Below, one piece after another: positions 9,557 to 16,979 of a DNA stretch of 64,000 bases; the first letter of the stretch is position 1, and the number at the start of each line of letters is the position of its first letter. Where the stretch lies: sequence record NC_061448.1; one strand, 5' to 3'. Made by a program: the position numbers and the translations under genes. The notes beneath the pieces were generated by a model. The model saw only the letters and a list, made by a program, of their open reading frames with translations. It was not told where the DNA came from and did no database searches.

Positions 9557-9963
9557 GCATACAAAAAGATTATGAACGATCACTGCGCCGACTTAAGGAG
9601 TCTGTCCACCGCACTGAGCAGCTAGGTTATATTGTGCCTCGCTGCGTTGACGTCGTTCTCTCTAAGGTGAAACCACCTGATCAGGTTGTGTCGAGGAAGT
9701 ATCTGGTGATGCTGTTGTTATTCAGTCAGTCCAGTGAAAACCTCCGCTCAGCCTTGACCATGAGAGAACAATTGGTTGTCAAGATGGCTCTACTCAGTCG
9801 CAAGCACCCAACGCCAGAGATTCAACGTCGCATTAGACGCCTCGAAGAACTGGTCAATAATCAAGACAGGAATATCGAAAGTCAGTTGCTGTTGCTTGAC
9901 TACAGAGCAAACATCCTGATTGATATTCTTGACGGTAAAGAACCCAACTCACGATACACTTGA
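9553..9963 (+). CDS. hypothetical protein (coiled-coil)
   Basis: ATGA overlap with upstream stop. Confidence 0.7.
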   Translation: MSIQKDYERSLRRLKESVHRTEQLGYIVPRCVDVVLSKVKPPDQVVSRKYLVMLLLFSQSSENLRSALTMREQLVVKMALLSRKHPTPEIQRRIRRLEELVNNQDRNIESQLLLLDYRANILIDILDGKEPNSRYT

Positions 9964-9970
9964 GGTACTC

Positions 9971-10450
9971 ATGGAAATTTATGTAAGCCTGAGTCAGGAC
10001 AGCACGTACAAGAACCGCAGTCGCGTGTCTAGCCCTGAATCTACTACTGGTCGTGCGGACTTGTCAGACTATGCTTCATTGGAGAAGAAACTGCGTCTGA
10101 CCGAGGAAGCGAAAGACAAAGAGAAACTGGCTCAGAAAGCTGGTGGCGGGGATTCTGTAAAGGGTAAGAAAGGCGCCAAGAAAAAGGGCGATGATAAACC
10201 CGAAGAAGACGATACTGACATTGATACCGACACTGATTCAGATGGAGGCGATGATGATACAGATGACTCTTCCGATGACTCTGGAGACGACTCCGATGGA
10301 GACTCTAAAGCTAAGAAATCAGGAAAGAAATCTAAGCCGTCAGGAGATGAAGACGCAGAAGACACAGAAGACCCTGACACAGACGAACCCGAAAGTGATG
10401 ACGGGGATGCAGATGCTGAAAGCGTTGATGACGAGGACCTCGAAGAGTGA
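9971..10450 (+). CDS. Asp-rich low-complexity protein (MEIYVSLS...)
   Basis: GAGG RBS before ATG 9971; D/S/K-rich tail. Confidence 0.75.
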   Translation: MEIYVSLSQDSTYKNRSRVSSPESTTGRADLSDYASLEKKLRLTEEAKDKEKLAQKAGGGDSVKGKKGAKKKGDDKPEEDDTDIDTDTDSDGGDDDTDDSSDDSGDDSDGDSKAKKSGKKSKPSGDEDAEDTEDPDTDEPESDDGDADAESVDDEDLEE

Positions 10451-10943
10451 TCCCGTAGACGTGCCGAAAACGCATGACGCGATGATCGAGATTCTGATCG
10501 CTATTCGCTACATGTGTACGAAGCGTATGATCTTTCCTGTCGTTGCTGCGACCATTGAACAGCGTAACAGCTATCTGGTGATGAACAAGCTCTGTTTCCA
10601 AATGAAGCCGAGCTTGTTCTTTAGTGCTGTGCAGGACAGTAACTGCAAGGTGAACGTGTGTTGGCTTATGCGAGCCTTCACACGCACTGCGCTTCATTTC
10701 GATTTGCTGCCTGTCATTGCAGATAAAAGTGGTGACTTCCAACCGTTGGTGAGTCGCTTCTTCACTCAGGATGATCCTGACTTTGCGTATCGACGTTTCT
10801 ATGATGTGCGTAAGCTGCCTCCAGTAACGGACATTCGCAAGCCCCGCCTGTATACGCTTAACGGAGTTGATTATGGCGTACAAGTCACTAGCCAAGAAAC
10901 CGAAGAAGTCTCTCGCTGCGAAAGAAGCAGATATTCGGAATAA
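10428..10943 (+). CDS. hypothetical protein, start uncertain
   Basis: Globular-looking part of track ORF 10191-10943 begins near the upstream stop. Confidence 0.55.
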   Translation: MTRTSKSDPVDVPKTHDAMIEILIAIRYMCTKRMIFPVVAATIEQRNSYLVMNKLCFQMKPSLFFSAVQDSNCKVNVCWLMRAFTRTALHFDLLPVIADKSGDFQPLVSRFFTQDDPDFAYRRFYDVRKLPPVTDIRKPRLYTLNGVDYGVQVTSQETEEVSRCERSRYSE

Positions 10944-11529
10944 GGCACACAAGCAAGCGAAGCGCGGCAAGCTCGCTCAAGCAGTGAGGACAATCAGTGC
11001 TGCCGCTTCTAAATCTCGACGCATGACTAAAGGTGAGAAACGCGCAATTCAGTTGCAGCCATTCAAACCGCAAGTTGTGCCTCAGCCACCGAAAACTCCT
11101 CTGATGGAAAAGGGTCTGTCGCTTACTGCGCTGATGCGCTCGACTCCCCGCCTGATGAAAGAGAACGCGATGGAGTGTTACGTTAACGGTGTCAAACGCG
11201 GTAAGACTAACAAAGGTCTGCCGATGATTATGGCAAACGTTCGACACAAAGATCCACTGCGCCCTAATAAAACAGTGCGCATTCACAAGCCGATGATTAT
11301 CGGTCTGGATGACCCGTACAAGCCTATTTCAAAACAAAAGCGTGTGCTGGTCAGTTGTCCGTGTGAGAACTATGTTTTCATGTGGGAGTATGCGAACGCC
11401 GAACACGGCTGTGCGCGAATCATTTACGGTAATGGCGAGCCACCTGACTTCACTAACCCAGGACATGCACCTGGTCTGTGCAAACATCTGATGGCCTTAG
11501 CTGATCAAGTCAAACGCAACGGAGATTAA
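10873..11529 (+). CDS. SWIM zinc-finger protein with basic N-terminus
   Basis: VSCPCE...GLCKHL matches SWIM CxC-xn-CxH; GGAG RBS. Confidence 0.7.
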   Translation: MAYKSLAKKPKKSLAAKEADIRNKAHKQAKRGKLAQAVRTISAAASKSRRMTKGEKRAIQLQPFKPQVVPQPPKTPLMEKGLSLTALMRSTPRLMKENAMECYVNGVKRGKTNKGLPMIMANVRHKDPLRPNKTVRIHKPMIIGLDDPYKPISKQKRVLVSCPCENYVFMWEYANAEHGCARIIYGNGEPPDFTNPGHAPGLCKHLMALADQVKRNGD

Positions 11530-11534
11530 TCTCG

Positions 11535-11816
11535 ATGCTCTTTAAAAATCATGCTGGTGGAGTAATACCGAATCAACCAATCATTCACTCTATTGCAGAG
11601 ATGCACCGACGTGTCGCAGAACTGAATGGTGAACTGAAAGCTGCTGGTTGCACGATAGTTGAGAACTGCGGTGAGATGTTGATTGAAGTTCCTGCTGGTG
11701 CGTCACTCGTTGTTGACGGCATCATTCAACGTCACATCGACATGTTCAAAGGTCCTGTCGTTAGTCGTCCTGCTCGTTTGCAAATCGGAGGCGAAGATGC
11801 AGAAGCAGAAGTTTAA
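11535..11816 (+). CDS. hypothetical protein
   Basis: GGAG RBS. Confidence 0.65.
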   Translation: MLFKNHAGGVIPNQPIIHSIAEMHRRVAELNGELKAAGCTIVENCGEMLIEVPAGASLVVDGIIQRHIDMFKGPVVSRPARLQIGGEDAEAEV

Positions 11817-12231
11817 TCCGAACGAACCCTACTCGGTGTCGTTGCACTTCGGTCCGCACATCGTTCACGGTCATGCGCAAGAAAGCGCGTTCGGCCAAGT
11901 GATGCAGAACATGCTGTTGCGTGAAATCAATAAGACGTGCGACAAGATGTTCAAGTCTCTGACTGATGTTCCTGTCGCTGCTACTCCTACGTTTGATTGT
12001 GCAGAAGTAGAAGCAAGCAACATTCTCGCGGCTGTTCAGCGTTGGCATGAAGTCATTGCCAAAGAGCCACCAGCGAAAGAGTTCGAACCATGCTCTGTGC
12101 CTGACTGGATGCGCCCTGGTCTTCGTGCTAAAGGCATGACTGATGCTCAGATCGATAACATCATTATCACTGGCATCGAACCGTCATTTGAAGATCGCCC
12201 AGGCATCGTTCTACGTACGGTGAGTTCGTAA
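11797..12231 (+). CDS. hypothetical protein
   Basis: GGAGG RBS before ATG 11797. Confidence 0.7.
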   Translation: MQKQKFNPNEPYSVSLHFGPHIVHGHAQESAFGQVMQNMLLREINKTCDKMFKSLTDVPVAATPTFDCAEVEASNILAAVQRWHEVIAKEPPAKEFEPCSVPDWMRPGLRAKGMTDAQIDNIIITGIEPSFEDRPGIVLRTVSS

Positions 12232-12446
12232 TGGCATGTGCCGGTTGTGGTCGTCGTAGCTCTCGCATAAGCTACAACGCCAGCTCTGCTCCTCAGCTTG
12301 ATATTGAAGAGGACGATACGTTAAGCGCTGCGCGTTTAACTCCTATGGGTTGGGTACGCACCTGCGTTAAGTGCGGGAAAGTATCTGAGCCTTCTCCCTT
12401 TGCAGAAAACATCAATAAGCCATGTGACTGCACTTTAGACGAGTGA
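12231..12446 (+). CDS. small Cys-rich protein (CxxC, CxxC, CxC)
   Basis: TAATG coupling; six Cys. Confidence 0.65.
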   Translation: MACAGCGRRSSRISYNASSAPQLDIEEDDTLSAARLTPMGWVRTCVKCGKVSEPSPFAENINKPCDCTLDE

Positions 12447-13174
12447 TCATGATGAACAATCTCGTTTTGCACGTTCAAGGTTTAGACTACTGCCGCTTCT
12501 ATGCAGAGAACATGGTTCATGTGCAGTTCGAAAACCCTCTGTGCCCTGTTCCGCCCGAAGCGCCGTACAATCAACCGATTAACGACCGTAAGCTCCACCA
12601 GCTGATTCGAGAGATCGACACTGCTTTCGACAACGCGATAAGCCGCACTGATTTGGAATTTCCAATCGGTCCGATTCTTTATCGCTATCGTTCGCTGTAT
12701 GGCAACTACGCCGCTCAATACAAAGACGATCTTTCTCCTCAGCGTGACACTCGCGTGAAAGGCAACACGCTGGTTCTCTCGCCTCCAGTACCTGAGCAGG
12801 GTAACGATGAAGACGATAAAGCGTTCTCGTATCGCTTCATCAAACACACTGCCGAACAGGTTCAGAGTTACATCTGGATGGTATGTCTCGATCAGTATGC
12901 GCGTGAGCAGACCGATACAGTGCTGCCGAGCCCTCCATGGGCATTCGAGCCACCTGAGCGTGACGGTGCTGCTGCTTTCCTGACAGCGCATCACAAGATC
13001 TTGAATGATCTGATGCCTCCTATGATGGACGCACATAGCGACACTCTGGACATTCATGTGTCGTTGCGTGACTACGGCCTGTCTGTTATCTTCCCGCTGG
13101 TGGCTGAGTGCCGCAACGTTATCTACGCAGCGTGGACCATCCCTAACGCTAAAGGACAAAAACCAAATGTCTGA
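12443..13174 (+). CDS. hypothetical protein
   Basis: GTGA overlap; 243 aa. Confidence 0.7.
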   Translation: MIMMNNLVLHVQGLDYCRFYAENMVHVQFENPLCPVPPEAPYNQPINDRKLHQLIREIDTAFDNAISRTDLEFPIGPILYRYRSLYGNYAAQYKDDLSPQRDTRVKGNTLVLSPPVPEQGNDEDDKAFSYRFIKHTAEQVQSYIWMVCLDQYAREQTDTVLPSPPWAFEPPERDGAAAFLTAHHKILNDLMPPMMDAHSDTLDIHVSLRDYGLSVIFPLVAECRNVIYAAWTIPNAKGQKPNV

Positions 13175-13700
13175 TGTTATTCTGTTTGACAAACAAAATG
13201 AGTGGGAAGACTTCGGTAGTGCTGTCTACGAAGAATTTCGTTTGAACGTAATGACAGGCAGTAGCAGTGCGAGTCAGATTCCAACTGTCGCACCGTTCGA
13301 AGACGTGAAGCACCAACTCAGCTACTCGAACATTCTGCCTGAGGGTGAACAGTCGCCTATCGTTGTGCTGGATATCATGGTCATGGAAGTTGAGCTGGCG
13401 GAAGGTGAATCTCGCAACTACGATGCAGATAGTCTGGACGAAGCTGTGCGTAAAGTTGTAGCACTGTATCAGGCTCGCGCTCGTGATCTCGACTGCCACC
13501 TGACAGGCAACTTCATCACAGCAGACCACAAAGTCAATGGCGCGTTGCTGCGTATCTATCGCAATCAGGACTTCGTGTGTAAGGGTCACCCTGAACTGCT
13601 GCATGGCAAACCGCTCGGCATGTTCCACTGCGACAAATGCGGTGAGATGCAAATGGCCGGTGCATTCCACCTGCCTAAAGAGGAAACTCAAAATGGTTAA
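13167..13700 (+). CDS. hypothetical protein with C-terminal Cys/His finger (CKGHP...HCDKCG...H)
   Basis: AAGGA RBS before ATG 13167. Confidence 0.7.
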   Translation: MSDVILFDKQNEWEDFGSAVYEEFRLNVMTGSSSASQIPTVAPFEDVKHQLSYSNILPEGEQSPIVVLDIMVMEVELAEGESRNYDADSLDEAVRKVVALYQARARDLDCHLTGNFITADHKVNGALLRIYRNQDFVCKGHPELLHGKPLGMFHCDKCGEMQMAGAFHLPKEETQNG

Positions 13701-14160
13701 AGGCGGGCTGTGGCGCGTCTTCCCTGATTACGATTCAGAGGAGATGCTGCTGAAACTCGGTGCTGCTATAGGCATCGACCGTGACAGCGACGACGTGCCT
13801 GATGAACTGCACGTTACGCTGGCGTATGACGAATCGAACCCTGACGTTAAAGCAGAACAGAACGATGCCGGACAATTCTTCGGTACTGTTGCTTCTGCTG
13901 AACTGTTTGGCGAAGGTCAAGATAAGATTCTGGTGCTCGTACTTGAATCGCCTGACCTGCAACAGGAACACGCTCGCATTCACGCATGTGGTGCTGCTAC
14001 GTTCACGCATACGCCTTACAGACCGCACGTCACGCTACTCAAACACGCGAAAGACAGTCAGGCTGAATATCTCAATCAGATCATTCAGCACCCAGGCCGT
14101 CCTCCAATCACTCTGCGCTTCATCGAAGAAGATCGCAAGGTACTGGAGAAGCGTAGCTAA
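13693..14160 (+). CDS. acb1: 2H phosphoesterase, Acb1/T4 gp57B-like anti-CBASS nuclease
   Basis: Two HxT motifs (LHVTLAY, PHVTL); LVLVLES...H....GA.....Y.PHVTL parallels T4 57B as I recall it. Confidence 0.85.
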   Translation: MVKGGLWRVFPDYDSEEMLLKLGAAIGIDRDSDDVPDELHVTLAYDESNPDVKAEQNDAGQFFGTVASAELFGEGQDKILVLVLESPDLQQEHARIHACGAATFTHTPYRPHVTLLKHAKDSQAEYLNQIIQHPGRPPITLRFIEEDRKVLEKRS

Positions 14161-14211
14161 ATCCCAGCGGTGGCCCTGTGCTGCCGCTTTTGTCGTTCTG
14201 GAGAAATTTCT

Positions 14212-14529
14212 ATGGAAATCCTCGTAAGCCTTTCACATGAAATTCGTGTTGACCGTCAAGATGCACCTGAAAAACCAGCACCTCTCGATGGCCAGCAACG
14301 TGCGCTCGAACTGCAAGAGCAACGTCGCATTGCAGACGAGTATGGCATCGACGCGCCTAAGGAAGAGATTGAAGAAAAGGAGAAGGACCGCATCGAGCGT
14401 GAAGAAGAAGCGGCTGCTGAGAAGAAGACTACGCCACCAGCAGATTTAGGCCAGCGTAAGCCAATCGAAGACAAAGACCTTACAGCTACTGATATTCAAA
14501 ATCAGCATGATCTCCTCACAAAGATCTAG
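14212..14529 (+). CDS. charged low-complexity protein (MEILVSLS...)
   Basis: GGAG RBS before ATG 14212. Confidence 0.7.
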   Translation: MEILVSLSHEIRVDRQDAPEKPAPLDGQQRALELQEQRRIADEYGIDAPKEEIEEKEKDRIEREEEAAAEKKTTPPADLGQRKPIEDKDLTATDIQNQHDLLTKI

Positions 14530-14533
14530 GAAA

Positions 14534-14542
14534 CTGTAAATA
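14534..14542 (+). promoter_or_regulatory. CTGTAAATA putative phage-sigma promoter
   Basis: Intergenic, 32 nt before the sigma-like gene. Confidence 0.55.
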
Positions 14543-14574
14543 AGAGTCAAAGCAACTAACAGGTGTATTTGACC

Positions 14575-15612
14575 ATGAACAATAAGTCGAATCTCACAGG
14601 CGGTCAGATAGAAAGCGTCATGGACACAATGCTTCATGACTGCCTCCGTGAGATTGTTGAGAACACCGACGTATTCGATGTGCAACTGACCTATCTGTTG
14701 AACATGATTACCTCGAATAAGAAGCGCAAGCCGTATAACGCAGAAACGCGTGACCGTGCAATCAGCCTTCTGATTAAAGCGCTCTCTGTGCCTCGCGATC
14801 AGAAAATGATTTATATTCAGGAACTCAAAATGGAGCGCAACTTCATTTACGTCTTCCTGGAAAATGTAATTAAACGGTACTACACGACATACGTTGAATT
14901 GTATCGGGCATTCGTCAGTACGCAAGATCCGATTCGTCGTGAAGCGTACTCGAAGCGCCTGAACGTGTACGTGAAAATGTTTGGTGCAGAGTCTCGCTCC
15001 AAGCTGTTCGTCGCGCTGTGCCGCTTGAATGATTTGCTGCCGCAGTTCATGGAATACTTCCACTCTGTGGTTGCTGACTTCTATAGACTATGCAGCAAGC
15101 AAACAAAGTTTTATGTTGATACGAACCGCGGTAAGCTGTATGACAGCAAAGACGTGCGCCAGAACTTCCTGCGTAACGTCATCGTGGCTATCAACAAGTA
15201 TGACTCGTCGCGTGGTGCGATTGTGAGTTATACGAAGTGGTGGATCTTGAACGCCCAAACCTGTAGTAGCAGCGAGCATGAATATGGCATCGCTTACACT
15301 ATTCCCCAGACTCAACGTAAGAAACTGGCGACAGGTGAAGACACCACTTCTCTGAATTTCTCGGTAAGTCTCGATACTCCTGCGAACGAATCTGATGAAG
15401 GTGCGGACGCGTCCCTACATCAAAAAGTGAGTGACCATCATCACTTAGAAGATCACGTAGATAGTGAAAGACGTACTGAAAAACTGAGACTGCTTATTAA
15501 GCGCGTAGACCCACTCGGCGTTGCACGATTGACGATGGATGTGGGTGAGGAGTTCGACAAGTTCGAACTTGATATGATGCGTAGACATATGCAAGCTCAA
15601 GGGCTAGCCTAA
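14575..15612 (+). CDS. phage RNA polymerase sigma factor (sigma70 region 2-like)
   Basis: AINKYDSSRGAIVSYTKWWILNA resembles sigma70 regions 2.3-2.4; FSVSLDTP resembles the region 3 SLD motif. Confidence 0.75.
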   Translation: MNNKSNLTGGQIESVMDTMLHDCLREIVENTDVFDVQLTYLLNMITSNKKRKPYNAETRDRAISLLIKALSVPRDQKMIYIQELKMERNFIYVFLENVIKRYYTTYVELYRAFVSTQDPIRREAYSKRLNVYVKMFGAESRSKLFVALCRLNDLLPQFMEYFHSVVADFYRLCSKQTKFYVDTNRGKLYDSKDVRQNFLRNVIVAINKYDSSRGAIVSYTKWWILNAQTCSSSEHEYGIAYTIPQTQRKKLATGEDTTSLNFSVSLDTPANESDEGADASLHQKVSDHHHLEDHVDSERRTEKLRLLIKRVDPLGVARLTMDVGEEFDKFELDMMRRHMQAQGLA

Positions 15613-15614
15613 AA

Positions 15615-15623
15615 CTGTAAACA
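15615..15623 (+). promoter_or_regulatory. CTGTAAACA putative phage-sigma promoter
   Basis: Intergenic, 37 nt before SSB ATG. Confidence 0.5.
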
Positions 15624-15645
15624 GTGATCACATAAGCACACTCAA

Positions 15646-15657
15646 TATTGAGGAATA
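15646..15657 (+). promoter_or_regulatory. SD-in-loop hairpin TATT-GAGG-AATA
   Basis: 4-bp stem around the SSB RBS. Confidence 0.45.
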
Positions 15658-15660
15658 ACA

Positions 15661-16923
15661 ATGGCACGTGGATTTGGTGACATTCAAGATAACAGCAAAC
15701 GCGATAGTTTGCGTGAATCGGAAATCTTTGAAATCTTCCCTCTTTCGAAGAAAGCAAACGGCAACTGGGTTTCAATTCGTCTGCTGAATCTTGACCTGCT
15801 TCCTATCAAGAAGCACTGGATCAAGATCATGGGCGGGAAAGATAAAGACAAAGAGATCAAAATCCCGCGCATGTGCGTTAGCTTCGACCCGGATAATCAG
15901 AACAAACCTCTGAACGGGATGAAGTGTCCGTACTGTGGCATCGCTCACGGTAACGACGAATCTGGTGCACCGGCGCAGTACGACTATAAGTGGTATGCGC
16001 AAGCGATCATTCGTGACGAGCAAGCTGCTGCGCCGCGTAAAATGCCGAAGCTCACTAAGAATGAGCAGAAGACCGGCAAGAAAGAAATGGGCAGTGAGTC
16101 TTGGACTCCTGTGCAGTGTATTCCGCTGTCGAACTCTCTGGCTGGCAAAATCAAAGAGCTGGGTGAACGTAACATTCACACGGTGAAAGATAAGAAGTCC
16201 GGCAAGAAGTCAAAGCAAGCGTTTCAGGTTAACGATCCGAAGTACGGGTGTGATATTGAAATCAAATACAACCCGAAGAAATCTCCGGCAGAGCGTTACA
16301 CCATCGAGCGTGGCGATCACACTCCACTGACCGAAGAAGAAAAAGGTTATCTGACCTGGGACTTCGACAACTGGAACGAAATCTACGACATGCTGGGTCG
16401 TCTGGACGAAGCTGCTGCTCTGGCTGACTTCAAGAAAATGGACGTTATCGGCGTTAACACCAACGATGATGGTGATGACGATGAAGATGACGATGACGAT
16501 ATGGCGCTGGGCCGCAAGAAGAAAGGCGGCAAGGCAGACAAGAAAAAACGTCGTAGCGATGATGACGACGACGAGGACGATGATGACGATGACGAAGATG
16601 ATCGTCCTTCGAAGTCCAAGAAGTCGAAAGCGTCCAAGTCTCGTAAGCTGTTAGACGATGACGAAGATGATGACGACGACGAAGACGATGAAGATGATCG
16701 TCCGTCGAAGAAAAAGAAATCTTCGAAGGATAAAAAGTCCTCGAAGGTGAAGTCGAAGAAGTCTAAGAAGTCGGACGATGATGACGACGACGAAGACGAA
16801 AAGCCTAAGAAGAAGAAAAAGTCTTCTGACAAGGTGAAATCATCCGACAAGAAGAAGAAAAAGAAATCTTCTGATGACGATGACGACGACGCGCCTAAGA
16901 AGAAAAAGAAAAAGAAAAAGTAA
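15661..16923 (+). CDS. single-stranded DNA-binding protein (gp32-like) with long Asp/Lys tail
   Basis: IRLL...KHWI...C...CPYC core; directly upstream of recA; ~150-aa D/E and K/S block tail. Confidence 0.7.
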   Translation: MARGFGDIQDNSKRDSLRESEIFEIFPLSKKANGNWVSIRLLNLDLLPIKKHWIKIMGGKDKDKEIKIPRMCVSFDPDNQNKPLNGMKCPYCGIAHGNDESGAPAQYDYKWYAQAIIRDEQAAAPRKMPKLTKNEQKTGKKEMGSESWTPVQCIPLSNSLAGKIKELGERNIHTVKDKKSGKKSKQAFQVNDPKYGCDIEIKYNPKKSPAERYTIERGDHTPLTEEEKGYLTWDFDNWNEIYDMLGRLDEAAALADFKKMDVIGVNTNDDGDDDEDDDDDMALGRKKKGGKADKKKRRSDDDDDEDDDDDDEDDRPSKSKKSKASKSRKLLDDDEDDDDDEDDEDDRPSKKKKSSKDKKSSKVKSKKSKKSDDDDDDEDEKPKKKKKSSDKVKSSDKKKKKKSSDDDDDDAPKKKKKKKK

Positions 16924-16931
16924 TCGTTAAC

Positions 16932-16960
16932 GGGGTAGCTTAGGCTGCCCCTTCTTTTCT
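16932..16960 (+). terminator. intrinsic terminator
   Basis: GGGGTAGC-TTAG-GCTGCCCC + TTCTTTTCT. Confidence 0.7.
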
Positions 16961-16979
16961 CAATCTGGACTATCCAACA

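Noticed and set aside
10191-10427. 5' extension of ORF 10191-10943, or a programmed frameshift from 9971
   Set aside because: The extension is an alternate frame of the Asp-rich repeat region (Met/Thr-rich artefact); I saw no slippery sequence at the junction.
16465-16920. GAT/GAC and AAG/AAA triplet runs as a non-coding tandem repeat (also 60665-60740)
   Set aside because: Synonymous codons vary within the runs, so this is protein-level low complexity rather than a DNA repeat element.
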